Source: Candidatus Bathyarchaeia archaeon
GTDB lineage: Archaea > Thermoproteota > Bathyarchaeia > Bathyarchaeales > Bathycorpusculaceae
NCBI GenBank assembly: GCA_049512935.1
Contig: JBEKWR010000001.1
Coordinates: forward strand, 1 to 64,000
Direction of reading: 5' to 3'
Length of the DNA stretch: 64,000 bases
The position numbers were made by a program, and so were the translations under genes. Below are positions 1 through 9,788 of the stretch, piece after piece. The stretch's first letter is position 1. Every line of letters starts with the position of its first letter. Below the pieces are notes generated by a model. The model searched no databases and had not been told where the DNA came from. It saw nothing but the letters and a program-made list of their open reading frames with translations.

Positions 1-98
1 TTAACCAAAAAATCCATGACGAGGCGCTCAAGCCGTTTGCCGCCAAGCTCGTCTTTTTTCTTGAACCTTATCGTTACGCTCCACATTTTGAGTCTCAC
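1..98 (-). CDS. DUF190 family (PII-like) protein, 5' part only; runs off the window edge
   Basis: GTG at 98 overlaps the crcB stop (alternative ATG at 86). Translates MRLKMWSVTIRFKKKDELGGKRLERLVMDFLV, resembling the DUF190 N-terminus; DUF190 commonly follows crcB. Confidence 0.7.
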   Translation of the reverse strand, partial: MRLKMWSVTIRFKKKDELGGKRLERLVMDFLV

Positions 99-484
99 TA
101 TATTAGCCTCTCCATTACTTCGTTGCCGACCACTTTTCCACCTAACACCGCTCCTAAAGACAAGCCGACGTTGGCTATTATGTTCAGCGCCACTAGGATA
201 AAGCGGTTGTTGTCCATGAGGTTGCTGGTTTCCAGCGCGAAGGACGACATGGTTGTGAATGCGCCGCAGAAACCTGTAGCGATAAGCAACGTGTAGTTTG
301 AGTCTAAGTTTAACGCGACCGCCAGAACCGAGAACAACCCGAGAATGAAGCTGCCGATGACGTTTACGGCTAAAACGTTGACGGGCAAACCCGCGATGGT
401 TTTGGGTGAAGCAACAATTGCGTAACGGAGAAAAGCGCCAACTAACGCGCCGACCGCTAACAATGCGAATTCTATCATTTTCAT
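98..484 (-). CDS. crcB: Fluoride efflux channel CrcB/Fluc
   Basis: 128 aa, 4 TM segments; GA..GA.LRY, VNVIGSF.LG and TGFCGAFTTMSSF motifs. Confidence 0.95.
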   Translation of the reverse strand: MKMIEFALLAVGALVGAFLRYAIVASPKTIAGLPVNVLAVNVIGSFILGLFSVLAVALNLDSNYTLLIATGFCGAFTTMSSFALETSNLMDNNRFILVALNIIANVGLSLGAVLGGKVVGNEVMERLI

Positions 485-487
485 GTG

Positions 488-573
488 TGCCTACCTTGGT
501 CTTGTTTGGGTAGGCATTATCAGCTCGCTTGGAGCGGTTCAGACCCGTGCGGTCTAGGCTAATGCCATAGCGC
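488..573 (-). ncRNA. Fluoride (crcB) riboswitch with putative translational expression platform
   Basis: Minus strand GCGCTATGGCATTAGCC..GAACCGCTCCAAGCGAGCTGATAATGCCTAC matches the crcB motif: P1 GCTA/TAGC, pseudoknot GGCATT/AATGCC, AACCGC, terminal CCTAC. Directly upstream of crcB. Confidence 0.88.
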
Positions 574-685
574 AGATTTTTGCTTCCAAAACGAGCGGGA
601 AACTTTTATACCTATTGGCTCGGGAAAACAGGTTTTTGGTCCGTCAAGAAAGTTTGACTGCAATCAGTCAAGAATCTTTTACGGA

Positions 686-1216
686 TTAAGGCTTTAAGCG
701 AAGTTCCATGTTAATTTTATCTGCGTAGGTTCCGTCGGAAAACCTTATGTCACGGGTAAATTTCCCGCATATTTTGAAGTTACATTTCTTGTAAACATGG
801 ATTGCTCTCTTATTGGTTGAGAAAACGAAAAGCTGGACAGATTCAAGCCCGCTTTTTTCGGCGACTTCGATTAGCTCCTTTGCCAAAATGGTTCCAAGTC
901 CTAAACCGCGAAAATCGCTGTGAATGAAAACGCAGAATTGCGCTACATGCGCTTCTTTACCTGTGCCGGGTGAGAGGACAGCGCCGCCTACTATTTTGCC
1001 ACCTATCTTTGCGGCAAGATAACGCATTCCCGTCTTGTTGCCCATCTCGATGTATTGCTCGGTTTCGAGGTTGGTTAACTCTTTTTGGTCCAACCAGTAT
1101 TTCTCTTCCCGAATGACGCTGTTTAAAACTTCATTAATCTGTGGTGCGTCTTCTTTCTCCACTCAACTTAAACTTGCAGTTTGCCCACCCGTCAAATTCA
1201 CAACTTTGTGCAGCAA
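686..1216 (-). CDS. GNAT family N-acetyltransferase; in-frame TGA at 1163-1165 interrupts the likely full-length frame
   Basis: FRGLGLGT acetyl-CoA motif, N.RAIHVY.K..F motif. The frame continues upstream of the TGA to a TTG at 1216 preceded by a GGTGA SD. Confidence 0.8.
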
Positions 1217-1399
1217 CCAGCTTCACCGCTCAATTAACTGGAATGAGTCGGTTTGATAAAACCTTTCTTTTAAACGATGATAAACACTAAGCAACTTTTA
1301 GAATGGCGTTTACCGCCTCAACGCAAAACGGCTTCTCTCCTCGGTCAAAATTAGCGGTTTCCGAAAGCTAAAATAAGCTGGCGACAAAATTGTACCCAC

Positions 1400-2668
1400 T
1401 TGAGGTTTAAAGCCTTGTCATCCATCATCGAAGACCTCATTGCCCGAAAAGTTTTCAACAATCGCGGAGAAGAAACGATAGAGGTTGACGTGATAACCAG
1501 CGGCGGCTTCGGAAGAGCCTCGGCGCCAGCTGGAAAAAGCCGCGGAAAAGCCGAAGTGGTTTATTACCCGCAGGGCGGAGTTGAGGCAGCCATCAAGAAG
1601 GTTGACGATTTGATTGCTCCTGAACTCGCAGGGTTAAACGCTGATTTTCAAGAGGAAATTGATGATTCTCTGCATGAGCTGGACGGCACAACAGACTTTA
1701 GGAACATCGGTGGAAACACCGCCTTCGCCATTTCTCTCGCCAACGTTGAAGCCGCTGCGAACAGCCACGGGTTACTCCTATTCCAGTTTCTCGGCGGAAA
1801 CGCTGCGACAAACCTTCCGTACCCGCTTGGCAACTGCATAAGCGGCGGTGAACACGCACGGGGCAAGGCGCCTGACATTCAAGAGTACCTTGCATTGCCG
1901 CATGGTGCCGAAACTTTTCTTGAAGCGCAAACCGCTAACACCAAGATTCACAAGAAAATCGGCGATTCGCTGAAAAAGAGAAGCAGCACTTTTAACGGCG
2001 GCAAAAGCGACGAAGGCGCCTGGATAGCAAACATCGACACTGACTCCGCGTTCGACGTAATCGCCAAGGCATGCGAGGAAGTCGGCAACGAAGTTGATTT
2101 CGAATGCGGCTTCGGCGTAGACGTGGCTGCATCCGCGCTTTGGAAGCCAAAGGACGAAAAGTACGTTTACGAAAGCGAAGGCAAAAAGCTTGACACCGCC
2201 GAACAGCTTGAATACATGGTTGAACTGATCGAGAAGTACCACCTTGCCTACGTGGAAGACCCGTTCCAGGAGGAAGATTACGAAAGCTTCGCTGAACTAA
2301 CCCGCAAAGCCAAAAACTGCTTAATCTGCGGCGATGATTTGTTCACAACCAATACTGAAAGGTTAAATAATGGAATAAAGATTAACGCTGGAAACGCCAT
2401 CATAATAAAAGTCAACCAGATTGGCACACTAACTGACGCGGCGCTAACGATTGAGACGGCGAAGAGGAATGGATACGACCCAGTTGTGTCACATCGCTCA
2501 GGAGACACATGCGACTGGCACATCGCCCATTTGGCTGTAGCTTACAGGTGCCCCCTCATCAAGACGGGCGTGGTTGAAGGCGCACGCATAGCCAAACTTA
2601 ACGAGCTCATAAGAATCGAGCATTTCCTTGGGAACAGAGCCAAAATGGCTGACTTAAAAATACGCTAA
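1400..2668 (+). CDS. eno: Enolase (start may be TTG 1415)
   Basis: RGEETIEVDV, DEG, GDDLFTTN, IKVNQIGTLT, SHRSG and IKTG motifs. Confidence 0.93.
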   Translation: MRFKALSSIIEDLIARKVFNNRGEETIEVDVITSGGFGRASAPAGKSRGKAEVVYYPQGGVEAAIKKVDDLIAPELAGLNADFQEEIDDSLHELDGTTDFRNIGGNTAFAISLANVEAAANSHGLLLFQFLGGNAATNLPYPLGNCISGGEHARGKAPDIQEYLALPHGAETFLEAQTANTKIHKKIGDSLKKRSSTFNGGKSDEGAWIANIDTDSAFDVIAKACEEVGNEVDFECGFGVDVAASALWKPKDEKYVYESEGKKLDTAEQLEYMVELIEKYHLAYVEDPFQEEDYESFAELTRKAKNCLICGDDLFTTNTERLNNGIKINAGNAIIIKVNQIGTLTDAALTIETAKRNGYDPVVSHRSGDTCDWHIAHLAVAYRCPLIKTGVVEGARIAKLNELIRIEHFLGNRAKMADLKIR

Positions 2669-2684
2669 CAGAGAAAGTGAAAGT

Positions 2685-3488
2685 ATGTCTGAAGACGAAG
2701 TAAAAGATAATGAACCAGTAGAAAACGAAGAAGAAAATCAAGTGGAACCCGTAGAAGAGGAAGCTGCCCCAGAAGAGCAGCAGACTGAGGAAACTGAAAC
2801 TGAAGAGGCTCAGCCAGCTGAAGAAGAGACGGCTCAAGCTACCCCGACCGCAGAAGCGGCGCCTGGCGAAGAACTTCTCTTGCCACGCGACACGTTGCTT
2901 TCGGCAGGCATCCACATCGGGACAAGGATGAAAACCTTAGACATGGAGCCATTCATCTACCGGGTTCGCCCAGACGGGTTATTCGTTCTTGACGTTAAAA
3001 AAACAGATGACCGAATAAGGGTCACCGCGAAGTTTCTGTCACGTTATGAAGAACACGCCAAAATCTCAGTGGCGGCAACCAGACTGTACGCTCAAGAACC
3101 AATCAAAATGTTCTGCAAACTCACTGGCGCAACACCGCTGATAGGCAGATTCATTCCTGGGCAACTGTCTAACCCGCAGTATCCAGGCAGGATCGATCCT
3201 GAAGTCATAGTTGTCTCCGACCCCAGAGCAGACGCGCAGGCAGTCAAAGAAGCCAGCAAAGTCGGCATCCCAATCGTCGCGTTGTGCAGCACAGACAACG
3301 AATTCGCAGGCGTAGACCTTGTCATCCCAACCAACAACAAAGGAAGAAGAGCGTTAGCCGTCATATTCTGGCTTCTTGCAAGGCAACTGCTGCGTGAAAG
3401 AGGCGAACTTGGACCAGACAAAGACCCGCCAGCAACCATAGACGACTTTGAAGCCAAAGTGACACGCGAAGAGGAGGAGGAACCCTAA
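2685..3488 (+). CDS. rps2: 30S ribosomal protein uS2 with acidic N-terminal extension
   Basis: LSAGIHIGT, GRFIPGQLSNP, DPRADAQAVKEA, IPTNNKGRRAL. Confidence 0.97.
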   Translation: MSEDEVKDNEPVENEEENQVEPVEEEAAPEEQQTEETETEEAQPAEEETAQATPTAEAAPGEELLLPRDTLLSAGIHIGTRMKTLDMEPFIYRVRPDGLFVLDVKKTDDRIRVTAKFLSRYEEHAKISVAATRLYAQEPIKMFCKLTGATPLIGRFIPGQLSNPQYPGRIDPEVIVVSDPRADAQAVKEASKVGIPIVALCSTDNEFAGVDLVIPTNNKGRRALAVIFWLLARQLLRERGELGPDKDPPATIDDFEAKVTREEEEEP

Positions 3489-3492
3489 AGAG

Positions 3493-4344
3493 TTGCCGAC
3501 GATTCGGCGTCCAACCGTCGCAGGACAGTTTTATGAAGCCGACGCCGAAGAGCTCAGGGCACAAATTAAAGGTTGTTTCCTCAGCAAGATAGGTCCCCAG
3601 AAACTTCCAGAAGTTAACATGCAGTCAAAGCCCCGAAACATAGTTGGCTTGGTTTGTCCCCACGCTGGCTACATGTACTCGGGTCCCGTGGCTGCCTCTG
3701 CTTTTTACGAGTTAGCCCAAGACGGCAAACCCGACACGGTGGTTCTTATGGGTCCAAACCACACCGGCTACGGCAGCGCTCTTAGCATGATGCGGCAGGG
3801 CGTTTGGCAAACACCGCTCGGCAAAGTAGAAATTGACACGGCGTTGGCTGACGAGTTAAAACGTGAAACCAGCGTCATCGACGTTGACGAGGTCGCGCAC
3901 CGCTACGAGCACTCCATCGAAGTGCAACTGCCGTTTCTTCAGTTTCTCTACGGCGACGAGTTTAAGATCGTACCCATCTGCTTTCTGATGCAGGATTACG
4001 ACTCCGCCGTTGAGGTTGGAAGGGCGCTTGAGGAAGCTTTAGACGGGAAAAACGCCGTGGTCATTGCTTCTTCTGACATGACCCATTATGAACCCGCAAA
4101 GAAGGCTGCTGAAAAAGACCAAGCGGCGCTCAAGGCAGTTACAGATTTGGATGCTAAACGCTTCTACGACACAGTTGAGGCACAAAACATCACAGCCTGC
4201 GGTTACGCCCCTATAACGGCTTTGATCACCTACGCGAACGGCGTCTGCGCCAAGGCGCAACTGCTAAACTACCATAACAGCGGCGACATAACAGGCGACC
4301 ACACAAGCGTAGTCGGATATGCCGCCGTAAGCTTCAGGAAATAG
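3493..4344 (+). CDS. amrB: MEMO1 family protein (AmmeMemoRadiSam protein B)
   Basis: RRPTVAGQFY, PHAGYMYSG, GPNH, EHSIEVQLPFLQ, SSDMTHY, VVGYAA. Confidence 0.93.
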   Translation: MPTIRRPTVAGQFYEADAEELRAQIKGCFLSKIGPQKLPEVNMQSKPRNIVGLVCPHAGYMYSGPVAASAFYELAQDGKPDTVVLMGPNHTGYGSALSMMRQGVWQTPLGKVEIDTALADELKRETSVIDVDEVAHRYEHSIEVQLPFLQFLYGDEFKIVPICFLMQDYDSAVEVGRALEEALDGKNAVVIASSDMTHYEPAKKAAEKDQAALKAVTDLDAKRFYDTVEAQNITACGYAPITALITYANGVCAKAQLLNYHNSGDITGDHTSVVGYAAVSFRK

Positions 4345-4423
4345 ACTAAAATTTCCTGCAGACTTAAACAAGGGTTGCGACTGACCAGATGATGACCGCG
4401 GTTGAGATTTTAGTCCAAGGGTC

Positions 4424-5077
4424 CTAAATGGAGTCCCATCTTGTAAGGGCTTCCTGCTTTTTCTTTTCTTCCTTGAGCAGCTGAATCTCACCGTAAACCT
4501 TCATCGCCTCCACGTACTGCGCAGCGTATTCCCGAACCGTGTCCTCCATCGCGCTTGACCAACTTAGAAGATGCGGGTAACACGGAATGGCTTCGCGACC
4601 AGCGACTGGACGCTCAAACCAAAATTCATGGTACGCACCCGTATAGCCGCTGGCTGTGACGCGAAAACCAAACTTCTCCAACACCAACCCAAGACGACCA
4701 AGAACACGCCTCACTGCGCGGTCAAGAACTTCCGGGGGCTTATCCGCTACCTGCTGGTATCGATCAATGGATTCATGCAGATGCGGCTCCAGATGCCACC
4801 ACAACGCGGGGTTGTTGAATTCTGCCTGAACTATTCTTTCGGAGTCCTTGGCTAACTCGTTAACCCGAGTTTTCATCAACGCGATTTTTTCTTCAGTCAG
4901 GCTTAAGGTGACCTCGGGATACTTGATGATGTAGTCCTTCGCAGTTTTCCTGTACCATTCAGAGGCAAAAGCCACCGTTTCCTTGGCGAACTTTCCCCTG
5001 AAAATTTCCATGCGTGAGCAAAGAGGCAAAAGCTCTGCTTGTTTAGTCTCAATCAAACCGTCTATTTCTTCACTCAT
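4424..5077 (-). CDS. Hypothetical helical protein
   Basis: 217-aa ORF with ATG start and genome-like codon use; no recognised motif. Confidence 0.7.
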   Translation of the reverse strand: MSEEIDGLIETKQAELLPLCSRMEIFRGKFAKETVAFASEWYRKTAKDYIIKYPEVTLSLTEEKIALMKTRVNELAKDSERIVQAEFNNPALWWHLEPHLHESIDRYQQVADKPPEVLDRAVRRVLGRLGLVLEKFGFRVTASGYTGAYHEFWFERPVAGREAIPCYPHLLSWSSAMEDTVREYAAQYVEAMKVYGEIQLLKEEKKKQEALTRWDSI

Positions 5078-5713
5078 CCAGCGGAAACCTCAGCCAATCC
5101 CATTTAGACACTTTCGTGTGTATGCCTGTACGCTGTTTAAGCCATAAAAGCTTTTGAAAGCACAATTCATTTTCAAAATCCTGATTTTGCATTCAGAAAA
5201 AAACCCTGAAACGCCCTGTGAAGGCGTAGGCGTGGCGGGGCAAACGATGGCAGAGTTCTCCATTAGCAAGCGGTTGTTACATCAAAGTGTTACAACATTA
5301 TTTTATATTCTGATACCGCGTAGAGTGGTTCAGAGAAGGCGAAATTGTAAGGGATTGCCAACAAACAGTTGGGCGGTCGGGCTGCCAACTGAGATAAGAC
5401 ATCTGCCCACCAACTTCTTGCCTTATCCCGGCTGGCGCGTGGCCTGACCTCCCTAACACTATTTTTGCCAATTAACAAAAAATAATCCTCTGCACCAGCG
5501 CACGTTGCCTAAGAACAATTCAGTTTCAAAGTCTCGCCTGATTTTGGGATAAAAGCTTATTTTGCCTACTCTTGCGGTTTCCTCGCGCCTAACCTTGTTT
5601 GGCGCATTTCACATTCTAAAACGCAAGCGCCTACAGACCAAAGCTAAGCTGAAAAAGGTCAGGGGGAAACAAGCTTAATAAGCGCTGAAAGGTTCGGAAA
5701 GTCAGCGTTAAAA

Positions 5714-6157
5714 ATGAATGACAGAGTATTTGGAATCATATTGGCTGTGATCGTCACTGTTGGAGTTGGAATAGTGCTGGCAAAACAAGAAAACATTTGG
5801 AGTCCAGCTCCTGCCTCTTCACCGACAAGCACAGGAACGCAGACGCCTACGCAACATGGAAAGCAGCAATCAGACCTTACTCTTTACGTGGCGTCACATA
5901 CGACAAGCTCTTTTGAAGTTTTTGGCTTCCTAACGGCACAAAACCACATCTACATAGCCGACGCGACCGTAACAATCATCAACGCTGCCAGCGGCAAAGT
6001 CTACGGCAAACCATGGACAAATGCGGATGGCTACTTCATTTTCATCGTCAACGAAAACAGCACCACGACGGTGAAGGCGGAATTCGCGGGGAACAGCCAA
6101 TACTTACCGTCAAGCGGCGAAGTGACGTACAGCCCACCCGTGACAATCCAAGATTAA
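5714..6157 (+). CDS. Membrane-anchored exported protein with Ig-like/transthyretin-like beta domain
   Basis: N-terminal TM, Ser/Thr/Pro linker, T.ADGYF and AEFAGNSQYLPSS motifs typical of Ig-like repeats. Confidence 0.75.
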   Translation: MNDRVFGIILAVIVTVGVGIVLAKQENIWSPAPASSPTSTGTQTPTQHGKQQSDLTLYVASHTTSSFEVFGFLTAQNHIYIADATVTIINAASGKVYGKPWTNADGYFIFIVNENSTTTVKAEFAGNSQYLPSSGEVTYSPPVTIQD

Positions 6158-6319
6158 CTTGTCACTGCATCAACGCTTCTTATTTTGCCGCGCTCACAGC
6201 TTTGAGAAGCTAAACTTGAAGACTTCAAGAGGCTTGTGAACACCGACGACAACCGGGCGCCTTAAAAGAACATTTTTATCTAAACGGTACAATAGCTACC
6301 CTTCAAGGTGCAAAGTTAA

Positions 6320-7261
6320 ATGGGTAAGGGGTCAGGCTACGGGAAAGTGATTTTGTTCGGCGAACACTTCGTTGTCCACGGTGCGCCCGGCATCGTCTCA
6401 GCGATTGACGCTACAACCGACGCAGAAGTCAAAAAAGCCCTCAAAGGCATTAACGTGCGGGACGAGCGAAAAACAGCCAAGGGTTACAGCGAAGAAAAAC
6501 GCCTGCAGCAAATCGAATCCATCGAGCGAATAATGAAAGCCATGGGAATCGACCCTAAAACGGGGTTGGACATCTGGATCGGCGGGTCACTTCCAGGCTT
6601 CAGCGGGCTGGGCGCTTCCGCGGCAAGCAGCGTCGCCATCGCAAGAGCCATCGTGCAGGAACTGGGCATGCAAGTTTCTGACGAAAAAATCAACCAGATC
6701 GCTTATGAGGCAGAGAAAGCTTACGCTGGCAACCCGTCAGGCATCGATAACACCGCGGCGACGTACGGCGGTTTAATGTGGTTCAAAAGAGACGCGGCTG
6801 GCGGACCAGACAAGGTTGAGCGGCTACGGGTTCGCAGACCAATCGAAATCGTAATCGGCAGCACAGGCAAAGTCGCGAACACGAAAGCCATGGTTGAAGG
6901 CGTCGCGGAACGCAAGAAAAAGAACCCTGAAAAGTACGACCCGATCTTTAAGCAGGCGGAGAACCTGGCCTTCGCGGGCAGAAAAACTTTGGAAGCCTAC
7001 GACCTGAAAAAGCTCGGGGAACTGATGAACGAAAACCACCGTTTGCTCCAGCAGATTGAAGTGTCAAGCAAAGAGCTGGACTTGCTCGTGGATTTGGCGC
7101 GGAAACAGGGAGCTTTCGGCGCGAAACTCACGGGCGGCGGAGGCGGCGGATGCATGGTTGCTTTGACGCCTGGAAAGGATTTGCAGGGTAAAGTCGTGAG
7201 CGCCATCAAAGGTTTGGGGTTTGAAGTGCTAAGCACAAGGATCGGAACTGAAAAATACTGA
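6320..7261 (+). CDS. mvk: Mevalonate kinase
   Basis: GKVILFGEHFVVHG, GLGASAA, GNPSGIDN and GAKLTGGGGGG GHMP motifs. Confidence 0.95.
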   Translation: MGKGSGYGKVILFGEHFVVHGAPGIVSAIDATTDAEVKKALKGINVRDERKTAKGYSEEKRLQQIESIERIMKAMGIDPKTGLDIWIGGSLPGFSGLGASAASSVAIARAIVQELGMQVSDEKINQIAYEAEKAYAGNPSGIDNTAATYGGLMWFKRDAAGGPDKVERLRVRRPIEIVIGSTGKVANTKAMVEGVAERKKKNPEKYDPIFKQAENLAFAGRKTLEAYDLKKLGELMNENHRLLQQIEVSSKELDLLVDLARKQGAFGAKLTGGGGGGCMVALTPGKDLQGKVVSAIKGLGFEVLSTRIGTEKY

Positions 7262-7275
7262 GGAGTGTTGGCAAG

Positions 7276-8586
7276 TTGGGGTTTAGAAGCTTTTTAGAAA
7301 CGCTTGAGAAAAACGGCGAGTTAACGAGAATAACAAAGCAGGTTTCCACGGAGTACGAGTTGGCTGGGGTAATCAGCGCGTTAGGCGAGAAGCCAGTGTA
7401 TTTTGAGAACATTAAAGAGTCAGTTTACCCCGTCGTGGCGGGGCTCGTGTCATCTAAAGACTTGATTGCGAGGTCGCTTGGCATAAGCAAAAGCCAGTTG
7501 CTGCCAAAATTATCCAACGCCATAGAGCACCCCGTGCCGCCGCAGATGGTCAGCCACGGCGAATGCCAAGAAGTGGTGGAGCCCATCGTTGACTTAACCC
7601 GTCTGCCAATAATGCACTACACGGAGAAAGACGGCGGCAAGTACATCGCTTCAGCCGTGACAATCATCAAGGATCCGCAGCTGGGCAGAAACATGTGCTT
7701 CCACCGCCTCATGCTCATGGGCAAAAACCGCTTCGCAGCTCGCATCGTGGAAGACCGCGGCACCGACACGGCGCTCAAAAAATCTGGCGGCGAACTTGAC
7801 GTGGCGATCTGCATCGGGAACTCGACCGCGGTGCTGCTGTCAGCCGCTACTTCGCTGCCTAAAGGCGTTGACGAGCTGGGGATGGCGAACGCGCTGGAGA
7901 AAACCGAGTTGGTGAAGTGCAAGACGGTTGATTTGGAGGTGCCAGTGGACTGCGAGTTCGTGCTTGAGGGACGCATCACCAAGGAGAAAACGTCTGAAGG
8001 ACCGTTCCTGGATTTGACAGGCGTCGTTGACCGCGTGCGTCAGCAGCCGATAATCGAAATCAAATGCGTCACGCACCGAAAGAACCCGATTTACCAGACG
8101 ATTCTTGCGGGCAAAAACGAGCACAAGTTCCTCATGGGCATGCCTAAGGAGCCGACCATATACAACGAGGTTAACAAGGTCTGCCAATGCAAAGACGTTT
8201 ACATAACGCCTGGCGGATGCAGCTGGCTTCACGCCGTCGTGCAAATCAAGAAGCAGGGCGCGGATGACGGCAGAAAGGCGATTTTGGCAGCTTTCGAGGG
8301 GCACAAGTCGCTGAAGCACGTGGTTGTTGTTGATGATGACATCAACATTTACGACTCCGACGAGGTTGAGTGGGCGATTGCGACAAGGTTCCAAGCCGAC
8401 AAGAACACAGTCATCCTCTCTAACCAGCCTGGCTCCTCGCTTGACCCGTCAGGCGACTTGAGCGAGGGCAAAAAAGCCACAACTGCCAAGGCAGGCTTGG
8501 ACGCGACCATCCCGCTTGTGACGACTGGGAAGGGATTCAAGAAGGAAGAGTACGTTAAAGTGGATTTAGGCAGGTACCTGGGATAG
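7276..8586 (+). CDS. UbiD family decarboxylase, likely anhydromevalonate-phosphate decarboxylase
   Basis: EGPF, VVVVDDDI, V.WAIATR and GSSLDPS UbiD motifs; lies between mvk and the aconitase X genes. Confidence 0.88.
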   Translation: MGFRSFLETLEKNGELTRITKQVSTEYELAGVISALGEKPVYFENIKESVYPVVAGLVSSKDLIARSLGISKSQLLPKLSNAIEHPVPPQMVSHGECQEVVEPIVDLTRLPIMHYTEKDGGKYIASAVTIIKDPQLGRNMCFHRLMLMGKNRFAARIVEDRGTDTALKKSGGELDVAICIGNSTAVLLSAATSLPKGVDELGMANALEKTELVKCKTVDLEVPVDCEFVLEGRITKEKTSEGPFLDLTGVVDRVRQQPIIEIKCVTHRKNPIYQTILAGKNEHKFLMGMPKEPTIYNEVNKVCQCKDVYITPGGCSWLHAVVQIKKQGADDGRKAILAAFEGHKSLKHVVVVDDDINIYDSDEVEWAIATRFQADKNTVILSNQPGSSLDPSGDLSEGKKATTAKAGLDATIPLVTTGKGFKKEEYVKVDLGRYLG

Positions 8587-8588
8587 TC

Positions 8589-9788
8589 ATGAGGTTAACT
8601 AAGCAAGAGCAAAAGATGCTTGAGGGCGCCGAAGGACGCGCCGTGCGGAAAAGCATGGAGATCCTCGTCGCGCTGGGCGAGATTTACGGCGCAAAAAGCC
8701 TCATAGCCGTGGGCAGCGTCCAAGTGTCAGGCGTATCGTACAGCAACCTCGGCGACGCTGGACTGGAATTCCTCGACGAGCTGGCGCGGGACGGCAAAGT
8801 CCGAGTTCTCACGACGCTTAACCCGGCGGGGATGGATTTGGAAAACTGGCGCAACCTCGGCATCAGCCCAGAATTCGCCGAAAAACAGAACCTCGTCATA
8901 AAAGCCTTCGAAAAAATGGGCATTCTCGTCAGCTGCACGTGCACGCCCTACCTCATAGGCAACCTGCCGCTCTACGGCGAACACTTGGCATGGTCAGAAA
9001 GCTCAGCCGTCACCTTCGCAAACTCGGTGATCGGAGCAAAAACGAACAAGGAAGGCGGACCGTCGGCTTTGGCTGCGGCTTTCGTCGGCAAGACGCCATG
9101 TTACGGGCTGCATCTGGATGAGAACCGAGTCCCCGACGTTCACGTGCAGGTGAAGGCTGAATTGATGAAGCTCTCCGACTGGGGCGCGTTCGGATACGCC
9201 ATAGGCAAGAAGGCGGAAAACAAAATCGCCTACATCACAGGCGTTAAGTCGGCGGATTTAGACGAGCTTAAATCGTTCTGCGCCTCCGTTGTGACTTACG
9301 GGGCTAAACCCCTCTTCTACATCAAGGGCGTGACGCCTGGGTTTGAGCAGCAAAAGCAGCCCAGCCAAACCGTAACTGTCGAGCAAGCCGACATCAAAAA
9401 CGCCTACGACAACATCAACGACCAAGTAAGCGACATCGAACTTGTCTGCGTCGGCTGCCCACACTGCTCCATAAACGAAATCGCCAAAGTCGCCGAGCTT
9501 TTAGAGGGTAAAAAAGTGGCGGCGGGTACGGAGTTTTGGGTTGCAACCTCGCGGACGGCGAAGCAGCTTGCGGATAAACGGGGGTACACGGCGACGATTG
9601 AGGCGGCAGGCGCCAAATTCGCGTGTGACACGTGTATGGCGGTGGCTCCGCTCAAAGGCAGGTTCAAATCGTTGGCGACGACGTCGGCGAAAGGCTGCTT
9701 CTACTCGCGGCAGAACCTTATGAAAACCAAGATGGGAAGCATCGAAGAATGTGTTCAGGCGGCGGTGACTGGAAAATGGAGCAGTTAA
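8589..9788 (+). CDS. Aconitase X catalytic subunit (phosphomevalonate dehydratase large subunit)
   Basis: SCTCTPY, WSESSA, VGCPH and DTCM Fe-S motifs (DUF521 family). Confidence 0.9.
   Translation: MRLTKQEQKMLEGAEGRAVRKSMEILVALGEIYGAKSLIAVGSVQVSGVSYSNLGDAGLEFLDELARDGKVRVLTTLNPAGMDLENWRNLGISPEFAEKQNLVIKAFEKMGILVSCTCTPYLIGNLPLYGEHLAWSESSAVTFANSVIGAKTNKEGGPSALAAAFVGKTPCYGLHLDENRVPDVHVQVKAELMKLSDWGAFGYAIGKKAENKIAYITGVKSADLDELKSFCASVVTYGAKPLFYIKGVTPGFEQQKQPSQTVTVEQADIKNAYDNINDQVSDIELVCVGCPHCSINEIAKVAELLEGKKVAAGTEFWVATSRTAKQLADKRGYTATIEAAGAKFACDTCMAVAPLKGRFKSLATTSAKGCFYSRQNLMKTKMGSIEECVQAAVTGKWSS

Noticed and set aside
1-15. TTAACCAAAAAATC as a fourth copy of the dispersed motif
   Set aside because: Short partial match inside the DUF190 coding sequence
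4385-4425. C/D box sRNA (ATGATGA at 4389)
   Set aside because: No suitably placed CTGA D box or terminal stem
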